Source of the DNA: Candidatus Woesebacteria bacterium
GTDB taxonomy: Bacteria; Patescibacteriota; Microgenomatia; UBA8517
NCBI GenBank assembly: GCA_013374835.1
Contig: CP055307.1
Span: forward strand, 279,315 to 343,314
Length of the DNA stretch: 64,000 bases
Reading direction: 5' to 3'
Shown here: piece after piece, positions 9,023 to 18,812 of the stretch
Layout of the letters: every line of letters begins with the position of its first letter
Numbering within the stretch: position 1 is the first letter of the stretch
Program-made: the position numbers and the translations under genes
Notes under the pieces: generated by a model
What the model was told of the DNA's origin: nothing
Seen by the model: the letters and a program-made list of their open reading frames with translations, nothing else
The model's database searches: none

Positions 9023-10879
9023 TTAGAGTATGTCGTTAATATCGTTAAAGTCGTATCTATGGGAATAGCCAGAATTATCTGATGTGTTTAATAGGTTTTC
9101 TGGTATATCCGAAAGAAAACGACTTGGAGGATTGCTTGTTTTTTGTCCGAAATAGAGCCTTTGTTGAGCGTATGTGAGAAATAAGATTTCTTTTGCTCTT
9201 GTTATACCTACGTATGCGAGCCTTCTTTCCTCTTCCAATTGTGCTGGGTCAAAAAGCGACCTTGAGTGTGGGAAAAGGCCTTCTTCAAGACCAGTTATGA
9301 ATATAACGGGAAATTCAAGTCCTTTTGCTGCGTGTAGAGTCATGAGAGTGATTAATGATTGATGTTTTGTATCTGATGATTGATGGAGTGATTTGGAGGT
9401 CGAGAGTTGTTCGGCCTCAACTAAGGCTACGTTTTCCAAAAACTCATCGATGTTTTGAAATTCAGCCGCAACAGAACGCAGCTCCTTTATATTTTCCAGC
9501 CTAGCAAAATTTTCATCCGTTTCTTGGGCAAATTTTGAAAGATAATCAGTTTTGTTAAGTGTTTTGTCCATAATTTCCAGAGTAGTTAATTTTTGTGTAT
9601 CTAGACTTTTTTGGAGCAAGAGAAGGTTTTGTGTCCTTTTTTTCCCAGTTTTGAGTGCTCTTTTTAGGGACACAGGATCTTTAGGATTAATTATTAGTCT
9701 TAAATAAGAGATGATATCTTTTATTTCTGTTCTATCGTAGAATCGTATTCCTCCAATTAATCTATAAGGAATTCCATTTTGAAGAAGTGCTTCTTCTATT
9801 GTGCGGGACTGAGCATTGGTTCTATAAAGAATTGCAATGTCGCTGTAATTGTAGCCTGTGCGCGTGAGTTCGTTAATTTTGTCTACAATATAGCGGACTT
9901 CATCTTGTCCACTGTTTGCCCTAAAAAGTTTTATTTTTTCTCCTTTGGCGTTACGAGTCCAGAGTTTAAGAATTGGATGCGTGGTATTTTTGGATATTAC
10001 CGAGTTTGCGGCATTTAATATTGTTTGGGTGGAGCGGTAATTTTGTTCAAGATTTATTATTTGTATGTCGGGAAAATCTTTTATGAGATAGTTGATGTTT
10101 CTGTAATCTGCTCCTCTCCAACTATATATTGATTGCGAGGCATCACCTACTGCTGTGATATTTTTTCTGTTTCCAATTAGTAGTTTTGTAAGTTCATACT
10201 GAATTTTGTTTGTGTCTTGCCATTCGTCAATTAGAACTTGAGCTATTTTTTCCTGCCAAATATTTAGTACTTCTGGTTTTTCTTGAAACAGAGCTACTGT
10301 TTTGAGAAGTAAATCATCAAAATCTAACCCTCCTGCTTTTTTAAGATATTTTTCATATTCTACATATATTGTGAATACTTTTTCTTGTAATTCTCCATTT
10401 GCAATTTCAGCGTAACGAACCGGACTTAGCATTTGGTTTTTTGCGTCAGATATCTGTGATAGAAAGGTCTCGGGTTTGAAGTTGTCTTTGTTGAAATTGT
10501 GCTTTTCAAGGATGCTTTTAATAATTTCTTTTTGATCGGTTTGGTCGTAGATTATGAAATTTTTTGGAATATCGATTTTTTGACCGTCTGTTCTTAATAC
10601 TTTGGCGCAAAAGCTGTGAAATGTGCCCGAATATTTGGGTACATTTCCTGATAGTTTTGCTATGCGAAGTTTCATTTCATCTGATGCCTTATTTGTGAAT
10701 GTCAGAAGGAGGATCTGATCTGGGTTTATTTTTTTGTTTTTGATAAACCAAGCGGCTCTGTGTGTTAGGACCTTTGTCTTGCCGGAACCGGCACCTGCTA
10801 AAACAAGAAGCGCTTTTCCGTCGAAGGTAACTGCTTTGATTTGTTCCTTGTTAAGATTATTAATTAGCTTGTCTGTCAT
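9023..10879 (-). CDS. pcrA: ATP-dependent DNA helicase PcrA/UvrD
   Basis: N-terminus LNKEQIKAVTFDGKALLVLAGAGSGKTKVLTHR plus the later superfamily 1A motifs DEWQDTN, TLHAAKGLEFPVIFI and YVGITRAKE. 618 aa. Confidence 0.8.
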   Translation of the reverse strand: MTDKLINNLNKEQIKAVTFDGKALLVLAGAGSGKTKVLTHRAAWFIKNKKINPDQILLLTFTNKASDEMKLRIAKLSGNVPKYSGTFHSFCAKVLRTDGQKIDIPKNFIIYDQTDQKEIIKSILEKHNFNKDNFKPETFLSQISDAKNQMLSPVRYAEIANGELQEKVFTIYVEYEKYLKKAGGLDFDDLLLKTVALFQEKPEVLNIWQEKIAQVLIDEWQDTNKIQYELTKLLIGNRKNITAVGDASQSIYSWRGADYRNINYLIKDFPDIQIINLEQNYRSTQTILNAANSVISKNTTHPILKLWTRNAKGEKIKLFRANSGQDEVRYIVDKINELTRTGYNYSDIAILYRTNAQSRTIEEALLQNGIPYRLIGGIRFYDRTEIKDIISYLRLIINPKDPVSLKRALKTGKKRTQNLLLLQKSLDTQKLTTLEIMDKTLNKTDYLSKFAQETDENFARLENIKELRSVAAEFQNIDEFLENVALVEAEQLSTSKSLHQSSDTKHQSLITLMTLHAAKGLEFPVIFITGLEEGLFPHSRSLFDPAQLEEERRLAYVGITRAKEILFLTYAQQRLYFGQKTSNPPSRFLSDIPENLLNTSDNSGYSHRYDFNDINDIL

Positions 10880-10935
10880 TTTGGTATAAAATACAATAAT
10901 TAAAAGCGTTTTGGCTTTGCAAGACTTATTCTAGC

Positions 10936-12048
10936 ATGGAAAAAAGGAGGCATAAATTTTTATCTGAGAGAAGAAAAAGATTTTTGGCGAGAGTAAAAAG
11001 AAAAATTTTGGCAAGACATATTTTGCTTGTTCGTTTCGGCGTTTTTTTATCTATATTTATTTTTTTGAGTCTTATTGTGTCTGTAGGTGTTTTTTTTCTG
11101 AAATTCAGCGGTTATTATAAATACGCTGAATTGGGTTTTACATTTATTTTTGCAAGTAATAAAAAAGTAAAATCTACAGACGGAAGAACCAATTTGCTTT
11201 TTCTCGGTTTGTCGGGTGACGGAGAAAAAAACCCAATTTTATCAGATACTATGATAGTTGCTTCTTTTGATATTTACGGCTCTGGCGTGGATTTAATACC
11301 TATTCCTCGTGATATATGGATTGAGGAGATTGGAGACAAGCTTAATGGGGCTTATCGTTTGGGTAATGAAAAAAGGGTGGGTGGTGGAATTGTTCTTGCC
11401 AAGTCTTATGTTGAGGAGATATTGGGAATACCTATTCATTACGGTTTTTCTATGAATTTTGACGGATTTAAGGAGGTAGTTGATTATTTTGGTGGGGTGG
11501 AAGTTGATGTACCAAGGAGCTTTGAAGATAAAAAATATCCCATTGAGGGGAGAGAGGAAGATTTATGTGATGGAGACCCTGAGTATGCTTGCCGGTATGA
11601 GACGATTAGGTTTGAAAAAGGTCTGACAACTATGGATGGAGATACTGCTTTAAAGTATGTGCGTTCGAGGCATTCGGAGGATTTAGAAGAGGGCACTGAT
11701 TTTGCAAGGACAAGACGAGCACAGCTTGTGATGTTGGCGATTAAAGATAAGTTAATAAGTCGTGATTTTTTGTATCATCCGCGTAAACTTTTTGGTTTTT
11801 GGGATTTAATAAAATCTATTTCGGAGACTGATATGGATGAATATGCCCAGGTTTTTTTGGCACGGAAAGTTTTTGATTTTAGGGATAAGATAAAGATGCA
11901 TGATTTTGACGAGAGTTTACTTAAAAACCCGCCATTTTCTGATTATAATAATTTGTATGTTTTAGTTCCTACTGCAGGAGATTGGAGCGGAATCCATGAG
12001 TGGGTTGGCAAGATTATTGGGGAGAATTCTCGTAAGACAGGGGGGTAA
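10936..12048 (+). CDS. LytR-CpsA-Psr (LCP) family cell-wall glycopolymer ligase
   Basis: N-terminal transmembrane anchor followed by an LCP core: TNLLFLGLSGDG...SDTMIVASFD...GAYRLG...ALKYVRSRH.... Confidence 0.75.
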   Translation: MEKRRHKFLSERRKRFLARVKRKILARHILLVRFGVFLSIFIFLSLIVSVGVFFLKFSGYYKYAELGFTFIFASNKKVKSTDGRTNLLFLGLSGDGEKNPILSDTMIVASFDIYGSGVDLIPIPRDIWIEEIGDKLNGAYRLGNEKRVGGGIVLAKSYVEEILGIPIHYGFSMNFDGFKEVVDYFGGVEVDVPRSFEDKKYPIEGREEDLCDGDPEYACRYETIRFEKGLTTMDGDTALKYVRSRHSEDLEEGTDFARTRRAQLVMLAIKDKLISRDFLYHPRKLFGFWDLIKSISETDMDEYAQVFLARKVFDFRDKIKMHDFDESLLKNPPFSDYNNLYVLVPTAGDWSGIHEWVGKIIGENSRKTGG

Positions 12049-13441
12049 ATTGATAGAGGTGTTCTTTGTGTATTAGTTTGAAGGAAGGATTTTTAAGATC
12101 GATGTAATCGATCAAGAAAATTTCTTTTTTTGAATAAAGATTAAGTGCAATTTGTTCCCATTCGTTTGGTGGTGCGTTAATTATTAAGACGTCTTGCCTT
12201 TTCCCTTCGACTTTTTGTAGATACCAAAGCGGTGTAGAATAACTCCACCAAGAGATAATTATCGAATTTTTCGGAAGTAGATCCATGGTTTTTTCGGCAA
12301 AAGCGCGTGCTGAGTTTGATCTTTCTTGATTTACTAAGGGAAAGTTTGTTTTTATGTTTTTTGCTGTTTGGACTGCGATTATAAGTGTAAAACTAAGGAG
12401 AACTATAAATTTGAATTTTTTAGAGAGACGTAATATTGTGTTGATTGATGAGGATATCCAGATAAGAATAACAACAAAAGAGGATGCGAAATATCTTTCT
12501 ATAACAGCATTTTGATATCTAAGACTGAAAAGGAGTGTACCGAGAAAAATAAATGATAGTGAAAAGTTTAGGATGCGATTTTCTTTTTTAAGAGAGACAA
12601 TTCCAATTAAAGCAAGAGGCAGAAAAACGATTGATATAAATCGTTTTAGTTGAATCGAATAAAATTGAATGCTTGAGAACACGCTTCCTCCGATCCATTT
12701 TCCGGAGTGGGGAGTAAAATCTCTGCCGAAGACGTGACGGCTAAAGGAGTCAAGACTATTTATCGGATAATTGGTAGTTAGGGGAGGTTTAAAGTAAGAA
12801 ATTATTGGTAGTAGTACATAGACGCTTAGACCAAGAAAGAATAAAAGAATTGATTTTATTATAAAAGGCCGGTTTTTTTTGACTTTTGTTGCCAGAATTA
12901 AAAAAAGAGGCAATAAGAAGAAAATTGATAATAAGTGATTTCCGAGCGATAGCCCTGTAATAAGAAAAATAGTTGGAAGAAAATTTATTTTATTTTGGAT
13001 TAATATTTTGGTGGATAGATATATAAAAAGAGATGTAAAAAGAAAGTGGAGTGCGTGAGGGTCTGCAGCTGTTGAGAGCGACCAAACGACGTAGGAAGTC
13101 ATTATTAAAAGGGGTGTGAGTATGGAGACGAATCTATTTTTGGTGATTGTGAATATTGAATTTGAAATAAAGTATAATCCTAGAGAGATAAAAATACTTG
13201 AGAGAAAATTGATTTGAAGCGCTACATTTTTTAGCGGGAGTAAAAAAAGAAACAGTTTTCCTAAAAGTATGTAAGTTGGGTAGCCTGTGGGGTGTGCGAT
13301 ATCGAGCGTGTAGAGGACGGTTTGGAATTCTGCCGTGTCCCAAAAGCCGACGTCTTTTAGTAAAGTCAAGGAATATAGTACCAAAGATGTGGGTATTAGA
13401 AGGACACCCAGCCAAATTTGTTTATCCACAGTACTCCCCAT
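12014..13441 (-). CDS. DUF2723/TMEM260-like GT-C fold glycosyltransferase
   Basis: Polytopic membrane protein. The N-terminal motif FWDTAEFQTVLYTLDIAHPTGYPTY matches the DUF2723 signature (WGDSGEF...HPPGYPL). Its start overlaps the upstream gene by 46 nt. Confidence 0.55.
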   Translation of the reverse strand: MGSTVDKQIWLGVLLIPTSLVLYSLTLLKDVGFWDTAEFQTVLYTLDIAHPTGYPTYILLGKLFLFLLPLKNVALQINFLSSIFISLGLYFISNSIFTITKNRFVSILTPLLIMTSYVVWSLSTAADPHALHFLFTSLFIYLSTKILIQNKINFLPTIFLITGLSLGNHLLSIFFLLPLFLILATKVKKNRPFIIKSILLFFLGLSVYVLLPIISYFKPPLTTNYPINSLDSFSRHVFGRDFTPHSGKWIGGSVFSSIQFYSIQLKRFISIVFLPLALIGIVSLKKENRILNFSLSFIFLGTLLFSLRYQNAVIERYFASSFVVILIWISSSINTILRLSKKFKFIVLLSFTLIIAVQTAKNIKTNFPLVNQERSNSARAFAEKTMDLLPKNSIIISWWSYSTPLWYLQKVEGKRQDVLIINAPPNEWEQIALNLYSKKEIFLIDYIDLKNPSFKLIHKEHLYQFTPLSYENSPQ

Positions 13442-14553
13442 GTGTTAACTATTACCGAAATTGTAAGAAGAGTCCAGTGGATGAAGTTTAGATTTGTTTT
13501 TTTAAGATAGATGATGATTAAAAAAATTAGTACCGGATAGAAGTCAACGGCAAAGCGGTATCCGAATTGACTGAATCCTACTGTTCCGTGCATAAATATA
13601 ACTGCTGTCATTAGAAAAATTACCAGCCAAGAAAAAGCTACCTCAGCTTTTTTGAGAGGCGCGAATAGAGAAAATATAAATGCAGGTGTTGTGATCCAGA
13701 TAGCAAGTCCAGTCCATGACGGCCATATGAATGGTGGTTTTTTTGAGAATTTGGGCAATTCCAGCAGAATTGTTTTGACATGTCTTGGTATGTAGCTTGG
13801 GTGGAAAAGCCCTTTGGAGTACCAGTGTTCATTTAAAACTCCGGGGATTAGTATATATGCTTTATCAAGAATTGATCCGAAGCGAATGAAATTATACCCG
13901 AAGTTTATTGATAGAAAAATACTTAGTATGATTAAAATTTTTGGCCAAGTACTAAATCTTTTTTTATTGGTAAGGTAAAGTATAAGAGGCAGAGTAAGTA
14001 TTGTTTGGAGTCGAGAAAGATAGGCTGCTCCGATGAAAAGTCCTATTGCAATTGGTCGTTTTTTTGAGGCTGTTTCGTAAATTGCAGCTGTTATAAAAAA
14101 ACACGCTGATATTTGTCCCAAATACCAAGCGGAGCCTGTAGCCGAGAGAAACCATATAATTGTTCCAAATCCTGTCAGTGTGGATACCCAAAGTGCTTTT
14201 TTTGTCGACTTCAATTTTTTTTGAGCTATTTGGTATGTTAAGGTAACTGTACCAGCTCCCAATAGATGTGCCAGAATTTGTTGTGGAAAGGCGGTACCGA
14301 AGAACAGGACGAAGGGTATAAGAAGGATAGAAGGCATTGGCGGATAGACAAGATAGTAGTGTCCCCTGCCGTTGGGTACGAGTTCATTTAGCCAGGGGGG
14401 CGCTGACTCGATCCAGTATTTTCCTTTTGTGAAACTTTCCGCGAAAAGTACAAAATAGTTATAGGGAGTGTTCCCTCCCGAGGTTAATAGATAGATTAAA
14501 AAAGTAAAAATAAAAATGATCTGCGGCAGTTTTGTTTTGGCCTGAAGACTCAT
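13396..14553 (-). CDS. GT-C fold glycosyltransferase, GT39/GT83 ArnT/PMT-like
   Basis: 385 aa with about 10 transmembrane helices and an N-terminal loop with YWIESAPPWLNE. Its start codon overlaps the receiver-gene stop (ATGA at 14550-14553). Confidence 0.5.
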   Translation of the reverse strand: MSLQAKTKLPQIIFIFTFLIYLLTSGGNTPYNYFVLFAESFTKGKYWIESAPPWLNELVPNGRGHYYLVYPPMPSILLIPFVLFFGTAFPQQILAHLLGAGTVTLTYQIAQKKLKSTKKALWVSTLTGFGTIIWFLSATGSAWYLGQISACFFITAAIYETASKKRPIAIGLFIGAAYLSRLQTILTLPLILYLTNKKRFSTWPKILIILSIFLSINFGYNFIRFGSILDKAYILIPGVLNEHWYSKGLFHPSYIPRHVKTILLELPKFSKKPPFIWPSWTGLAIWITTPAFIFSLFAPLKKAEVAFSWLVIFLMTAVIFMHGTVGFSQFGYRFAVDFYPVLIFLIIIYLKKTNLNFIHWTLLTISVIVNTWGVLWINKFGWVSF

Positions 14554-14942
14554 TGTGGAAGATTTAGGTATTTTTTGACTTTTTCTACTACTTCTTCGGG
14601 TGTTTGCATTGCTTTTACAAGATATTCTTTTACTCCGAGGTTTAGTGCTTTTTGAGCGCTTTCTTTTTGAGGGTGATTTGTGAGTGCTAATATAACAGTG
14701 TTTTTGATTTTGGGGTTTGATTGGAAGCTTGAGAGAAGATCCAATCCTGAATATACGGGAAGCATGATGTCGAGGAGTATCGCGTCAGGGCTTTCCTTAT
14801 TTAGAATATCCATACCGCTTTTACCGTCTTTTGCAACTATTGGATTGAATCCTTCCATTTGGAATTTTGTCGAATACATTTTTGCCAAGGTTTGATCGTC
14901 TTCTATTATTAACACCGTTGGGTTTTTTGAGTTTGTGTACAC
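14550..14942 (-). CDS. Stand-alone CheY-like response regulator receiver domain
   Basis: LIIEDD...ILLDIMLP (phospho-acceptor Asp)...ALTNH...K. There is no output domain. 130 aa. Confidence 0.8.
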   Translation of the reverse strand: MYTNSKNPTVLIIEDDQTLAKMYSTKFQMEGFNPIVAKDGKSGMDILNKESPDAILLDIMLPVYSGLDLLSSFQSNPKIKNTVILALTNHPQKESAQKALNLGVKEYLVKAMQTPEEVVEKVKKYLNLPQ

Positions 14943-15002
14943 TTTATTTATTATATTATATAGTCCAATCGGTCAGTATGGGTTATATTTTATATATAAA
15001 AC

Positions 15003-17439
15003 AATGGTTGGCAAAATGAAAAAATTAGAGTATGAAATATTATTTTTTCTTGCTGTTGGGTTTTTATTGAGAATTTTTCTTTCTCCTTTTGGTACTTTAG
15101 AGCTTGATTTTAATACTTTTATTTCTTGGAGCAGAACGCTTTCGGAGCATGGGTTTAGCGAGTTTTATAACGGCTGGTCTGATTACTTGCCTGGATACCT
15201 TTATGTGCTTTACTTTTTGGGAAAAATAAGCGTTTGGTTTAGCTTCTTAGATCCTCATTTAGTTTATAAATTGCCCGCGATAATTGCTGATATGGCAACC
15301 GCTTATTTGATTTATAAAATTGTCAGAAGATACAAAAGTAAAAATTTTTCTTTAATGATTGTAAATTTTTATATTTTTAATCCGGCGGTTTTTGCAAATT
15401 CTTCTTTGTGGGGACAGGTGGATTCGCTTACTTCGTTTTTTTCGATTGCAGCTTTGTACTTTTTAGATAAGAATTCGTTTTTTATATCAAGTTTTTTATT
15501 TTCTTATGGGGTGCTGGTTAAACCCCAGACTTTGTTTATCCTGCCTGTTATTTTTTTTGTTTTTTGGAAGAAGAAATGGAGAGTTAAAAATATTTTTTTA
15601 TATATTTTATTTTCTGCTATTTTTTTCTTTTCGATGTTTATTCCCTTTTCATCGGGGAATTTGATTGAGTTTGTTTTTCGGCGGGTGTTTTTGTCTTTGG
15701 AGCAGTATCCTTATACAAGTGTAAACGCTATTAATTTTTGGAGTATTTTTGGATTTTGGAAGAGTGATACAAGTGGGATTATCCCTCCTTTTTTAATAGG
15801 TTATTTTATTAGTTTTATTATTCTTTCGGGTATTTTTTTTAAAGCTTGGAGGAGGAGTTCTTTGCTGGTTGAAAAAGATAAATATTATTACGCTTCGATT
15901 GTGTTTTTTACTTTATATCTTTTTATGACACGAATGCATGAGAGACATCTTTTGCCTGTTATTGCCCCTTTGCTTATAGCCGTCGCGTTTAGCCCTTTTT
16001 TGATGATCGTTTATGTGGGGCTTTCTTTTTTATATGTTGTGAACCTTTACTATTCTTACGTTTGGATAACCGACGGCTTTAGAGAGGTGTTTAATACACC
16101 CGCAATTATTCTTTTTTCGTTGTGTAGTATTTTCCTTTTTGTTTTTTCTTTAATGAGGGAGAGTTTTGGAGACTTTGACATTAATAATTTGTCAGACTTA
16201 TTTAAAGAGCGTGGGAGAGCTGTAAAAACTACCCTTTTTAAGGGAAAAGATCTTGATTCAAGAAAGGCTAGGCGAGTATTGATAGCGATAATTTTGTTTC
16301 TTTTGGTTTCGAGAATTTACGGGATTGGCACCCCAGAACATGAATATTTTGATGAGATTTATCATGCTTTTACTGCAAAGCTTATACTTCATGGTGATCC
16401 TAAGGCTTGGGAGTGGTGGAACCCTCACCCTGAAGGATTTGCTTATGAATGGACTCACCCGCCATTGGCGAAAGAAATTATGGCTGTGGGGATGTATTTA
16501 ATGGGTGAGAGTTCTTATGGTTACAGAGTACCTGCTGTTATTTTTGGGGTCGGAGTAGGAATATTGGTTTATTTTATTTCTTATGAAATATTTAAGGACA
16601 GAAAGACGTCGCTTTTTTCGGTGGGTGCGCTTTCGCTTGAGGGTCTGTTTTTGGTTATGAGCAGGATTGGGATGAACGATATTTATTTTTTGTTCTTTAT
16701 GCTTTTGAGTTTATATATGTTTTTAAGATCAAAGTACTTTTTTTCATCTTTAGCTTTTGGATTTTCTTTGGCATCGAAATGGACGGCTTTTTGGTTTTTT
16801 CCGCTTCTTGTTGTTGCTCATTTTTCTTTTAAAAAGAAATTTTCTTTAGGTTATTTTTGGTATTTATTAATTCCGGCTACCCTTTATGTTGCTAGTTACA
16901 CCCCGATGTTTTTGACAGGACATGATTTTAGTATATTTACTGGTATGCAAAAGCAGATGTGGTGGTACCACACCAATTTGGAGGCGGAGCATGCGTACAC
17001 TTCGCCATGGTGGAGCTGGCCTTTGCTTATTAGGCCTGTTTGGTTTTATACGAGTTCGAATGATTCCGGATTAGTAGCAAATATTTATGCGATGGGTAAT
17101 CCTGTTGTTGTTTGGTTTGGGCTTTTAAGTATTGCTTACATTTCTTTTTATTCGTTTAGGATTAAAAGTAAAAGATTAGGATTTGTTGTGCTATCTTATT
17201 TAATGTTTTTTGTACCTTGGGCCTTTTCCCCAAGAATAATGTTTTTTTATCATTATTTGCCTTCTATTCCATTTCTTTCGATGGGTATAGGTGTTTTTTT
17301 ACGAATGAGACCTAAGTATATTTTTGTATTTTTTTTCCTTGGAGTGCTGGCTTTTTTGTACTTTTATCCACATTGGACAGGAATTTTTGTTCCACGATGG
17401 ATTAATAAGAGTTATTATTGGATAGAATCTTGGCGATAA
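15003..17439 (+). CDS. Large membrane glycosyltransferase: N-terminal GT-C-like polytopic module plus C-terminal PMT/GT39-like module
   Basis: The second half contains FDEIYHAFTAKLILHG...NPHPEGFAYEWTHPPLAKEIMAVG, which matches the PMT/GT39 DE...HPPL signature. The first half is a separate polytopic module (YLPGYLYVLY...). The start is moved to 15003 (MVGKMKK) because the track ORF start at 14935 would overlap the divergent receiver gene. Confidence 0.55.
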
Positions 17440-17456
17440 GTTTTTGTTTTTTTGGA

Positions 17457-18812
17457 TTAAACTGCCAGAAAGATTCCTAAGAATAGAAATACGGTTCCGA
17501 ATAAAAGCATTATTATTGTTGGTATGGGGTTTCCTGCTATTGGTGTAGCCGAGTCGGTTGATGGGATACTAACTCTGGGCGTGCTTGTTGGTGAGGTAGT
17601 TACTTTGGGCGTGGCTGTTGCCGTGGGTTTAGGAGTTTGCGTTGGCTTGATGGTGGGGGTTGGTGAAGGCTCGTTGCCTGACGGTGTAGATTCAAATGCA
17701 GGTTCGTTTTCCGCAGCCTGAACGATAAAAGTTCTTGTGAGTGTTCTTAATATTCCTGTTTTATCAACCCAAGAGATGGTTATCTTGTGTTCTCCGGGTT
17801 CTAATTCTTTGGGCGGGCTCCATTTCCACGCACCCGAGCTGGGGATTGTTAATTCATCGCTTATGAGGTCTGATTCAACAGTTATTTTAATTGAGTTTCC
17901 TGATGGGCCTTTTCCAAAGAATTCCGGGTCATTTGTGAATATTATTTCGCCATCTTCGATACTATCTAGGGTAACCGAGCTTGTTTCTTCCTCTTTTTCA
18001 ACTGCCGGGACGACAAATTTTGATTTGATATCTTTTTCCGTTTCCTCCGGAAGATTTATTTGTGATGCGGGGATTTCTTCTTGGTGGCTTCCTGTTTCCG
18101 ATCTAAAGTCGTGGATTTTTCCAAGGGTTATCGGTGGAGTTGGATTTGCTGCTTTTAAATAAATTTGCGCTGAGGCGATTCCACTTGGTCCTCCTTGAAT
18201 AAGAATTTCAAGAAGTGTATTTTCATCGATGTTTGCATATGAATTAAGTGAGTTTGATCTTGCATTTGATATTGCTATCACCCAGTCACCATTTGAGGAG
18301 GTTAGCGTTGATAGTGGTGATATACCAGCTGCGTTTAGATATACAAGTTTATTTGATGCAGGCTGTCCAGTTGGAAGTATGACTTTTCCTGAGATAATAT
18401 TTGTTTTTTGAGGAGGAGGAAGTGGTGGGCCTGTTTTTACTTGCCAGGGAATATTGTTATTATCGTGGTCTTTGCCGTCTGAGTTGATTATAAAGGAATA
18501 GTTTGTATTTGGCTCTAGGTTATGAAGTGATATTTGATGTATATTTTTTGCTGTTTTTTCGGCTTGATATGAGTTATTTTCGTTAGGCTTTTTTTTGCCC
18601 CATTTAAGATATCCTATAGTCTCTTTGTCTGTCGTCCAAGAAACTGTAAAAGACTCACTTGTTATATTGGTTATTTCTATATTTTTGGGAGATGCCTCGG
18701 GAGATGCACCTAGTTTAAAGGTTTGCTGTTGTTGAAGTATGAAAACGCCCACGGCAACACCGGTAATAAGTATTAGTATGCCTAATATTGTCGGAATTTT
18801 CGATTTATTCAT
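17457..18812 (-). CDS. Surface protein: N-terminal signal/anchor, fibronectin type III domain, Pro/Thr-rich stalk, C-terminal transmembrane anchor
   Basis: N-terminal hydrophobic segment; ITNITSESFTVSWTT...NTNYSF is FN3-like; C-terminus is PTPTIKPTQTPKPTATATPKVTTSPTSTP followed by a hydrophobic segment at the end. There is no LPXTG at the C-terminus. Confidence 0.55.
   Translation of the reverse strand: MNKSKIPTILGILILITGVAVGVFILQQQQTFKLGASPEASPKNIEITNITSESFTVSWTTDKETIGYLKWGKKKPNENNSYQAEKTAKNIHQISLHNLEPNTNYSFIINSDGKDHDNNNIPWQVKTGPPLPPPQKTNIISGKVILPTGQPASNKLVYLNAAGISPLSTLTSSNGDWVIAISNARSNSLNSYANIDENTLLEILIQGGPSGIASAQIYLKAANPTPPITLGKIHDFRSETGSHQEEIPASQINLPEETEKDIKSKFVVPAVEKEEETSSVTLDSIEDGEIIFTNDPEFFGKGPSGNSIKITVESDLISDELTIPSSGAWKWSPPKELEPGEHKITISWVDKTGILRTLTRTFIVQAAENEPAFESTPSGNEPSPTPTIKPTQTPKPTATATPKVTTSPTSTPRVSIPSTDSATPIAGNPIPTIIMLLFGTVFLFLGIFLAV

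Noticed and set aside
14935-15002. GT-C gene start at 14935 overlapping the divergent receiver-gene start at 14942
   Set aside because: Divergent genes with overlapping start codons leave no promoter space. The AT-rich 60 nt at 14943-15002 looks like a shared divergent promoter region, so the start was moved to 15003.
17524-18411. Plus-strand ORFs 17524-17721, 17737-18162 and 18229-18411
   Set aside because: They are antisense to the FN3/PT-rich surface protein gene. The Gly/Val-rich translation is the mirror of the Pro/Thr codons.
17457-18812. The FN3 surface protein as a sortase (LPXTG) substrate
   Set aside because: The only LPxT-like strings (NLPEETE, LPAETV in the neighbouring protein) are internal and are not followed by Gly, a hydrophobic segment and a positively charged tail. 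The C-terminus ends in a plain transmembrane helix with no basic tail.
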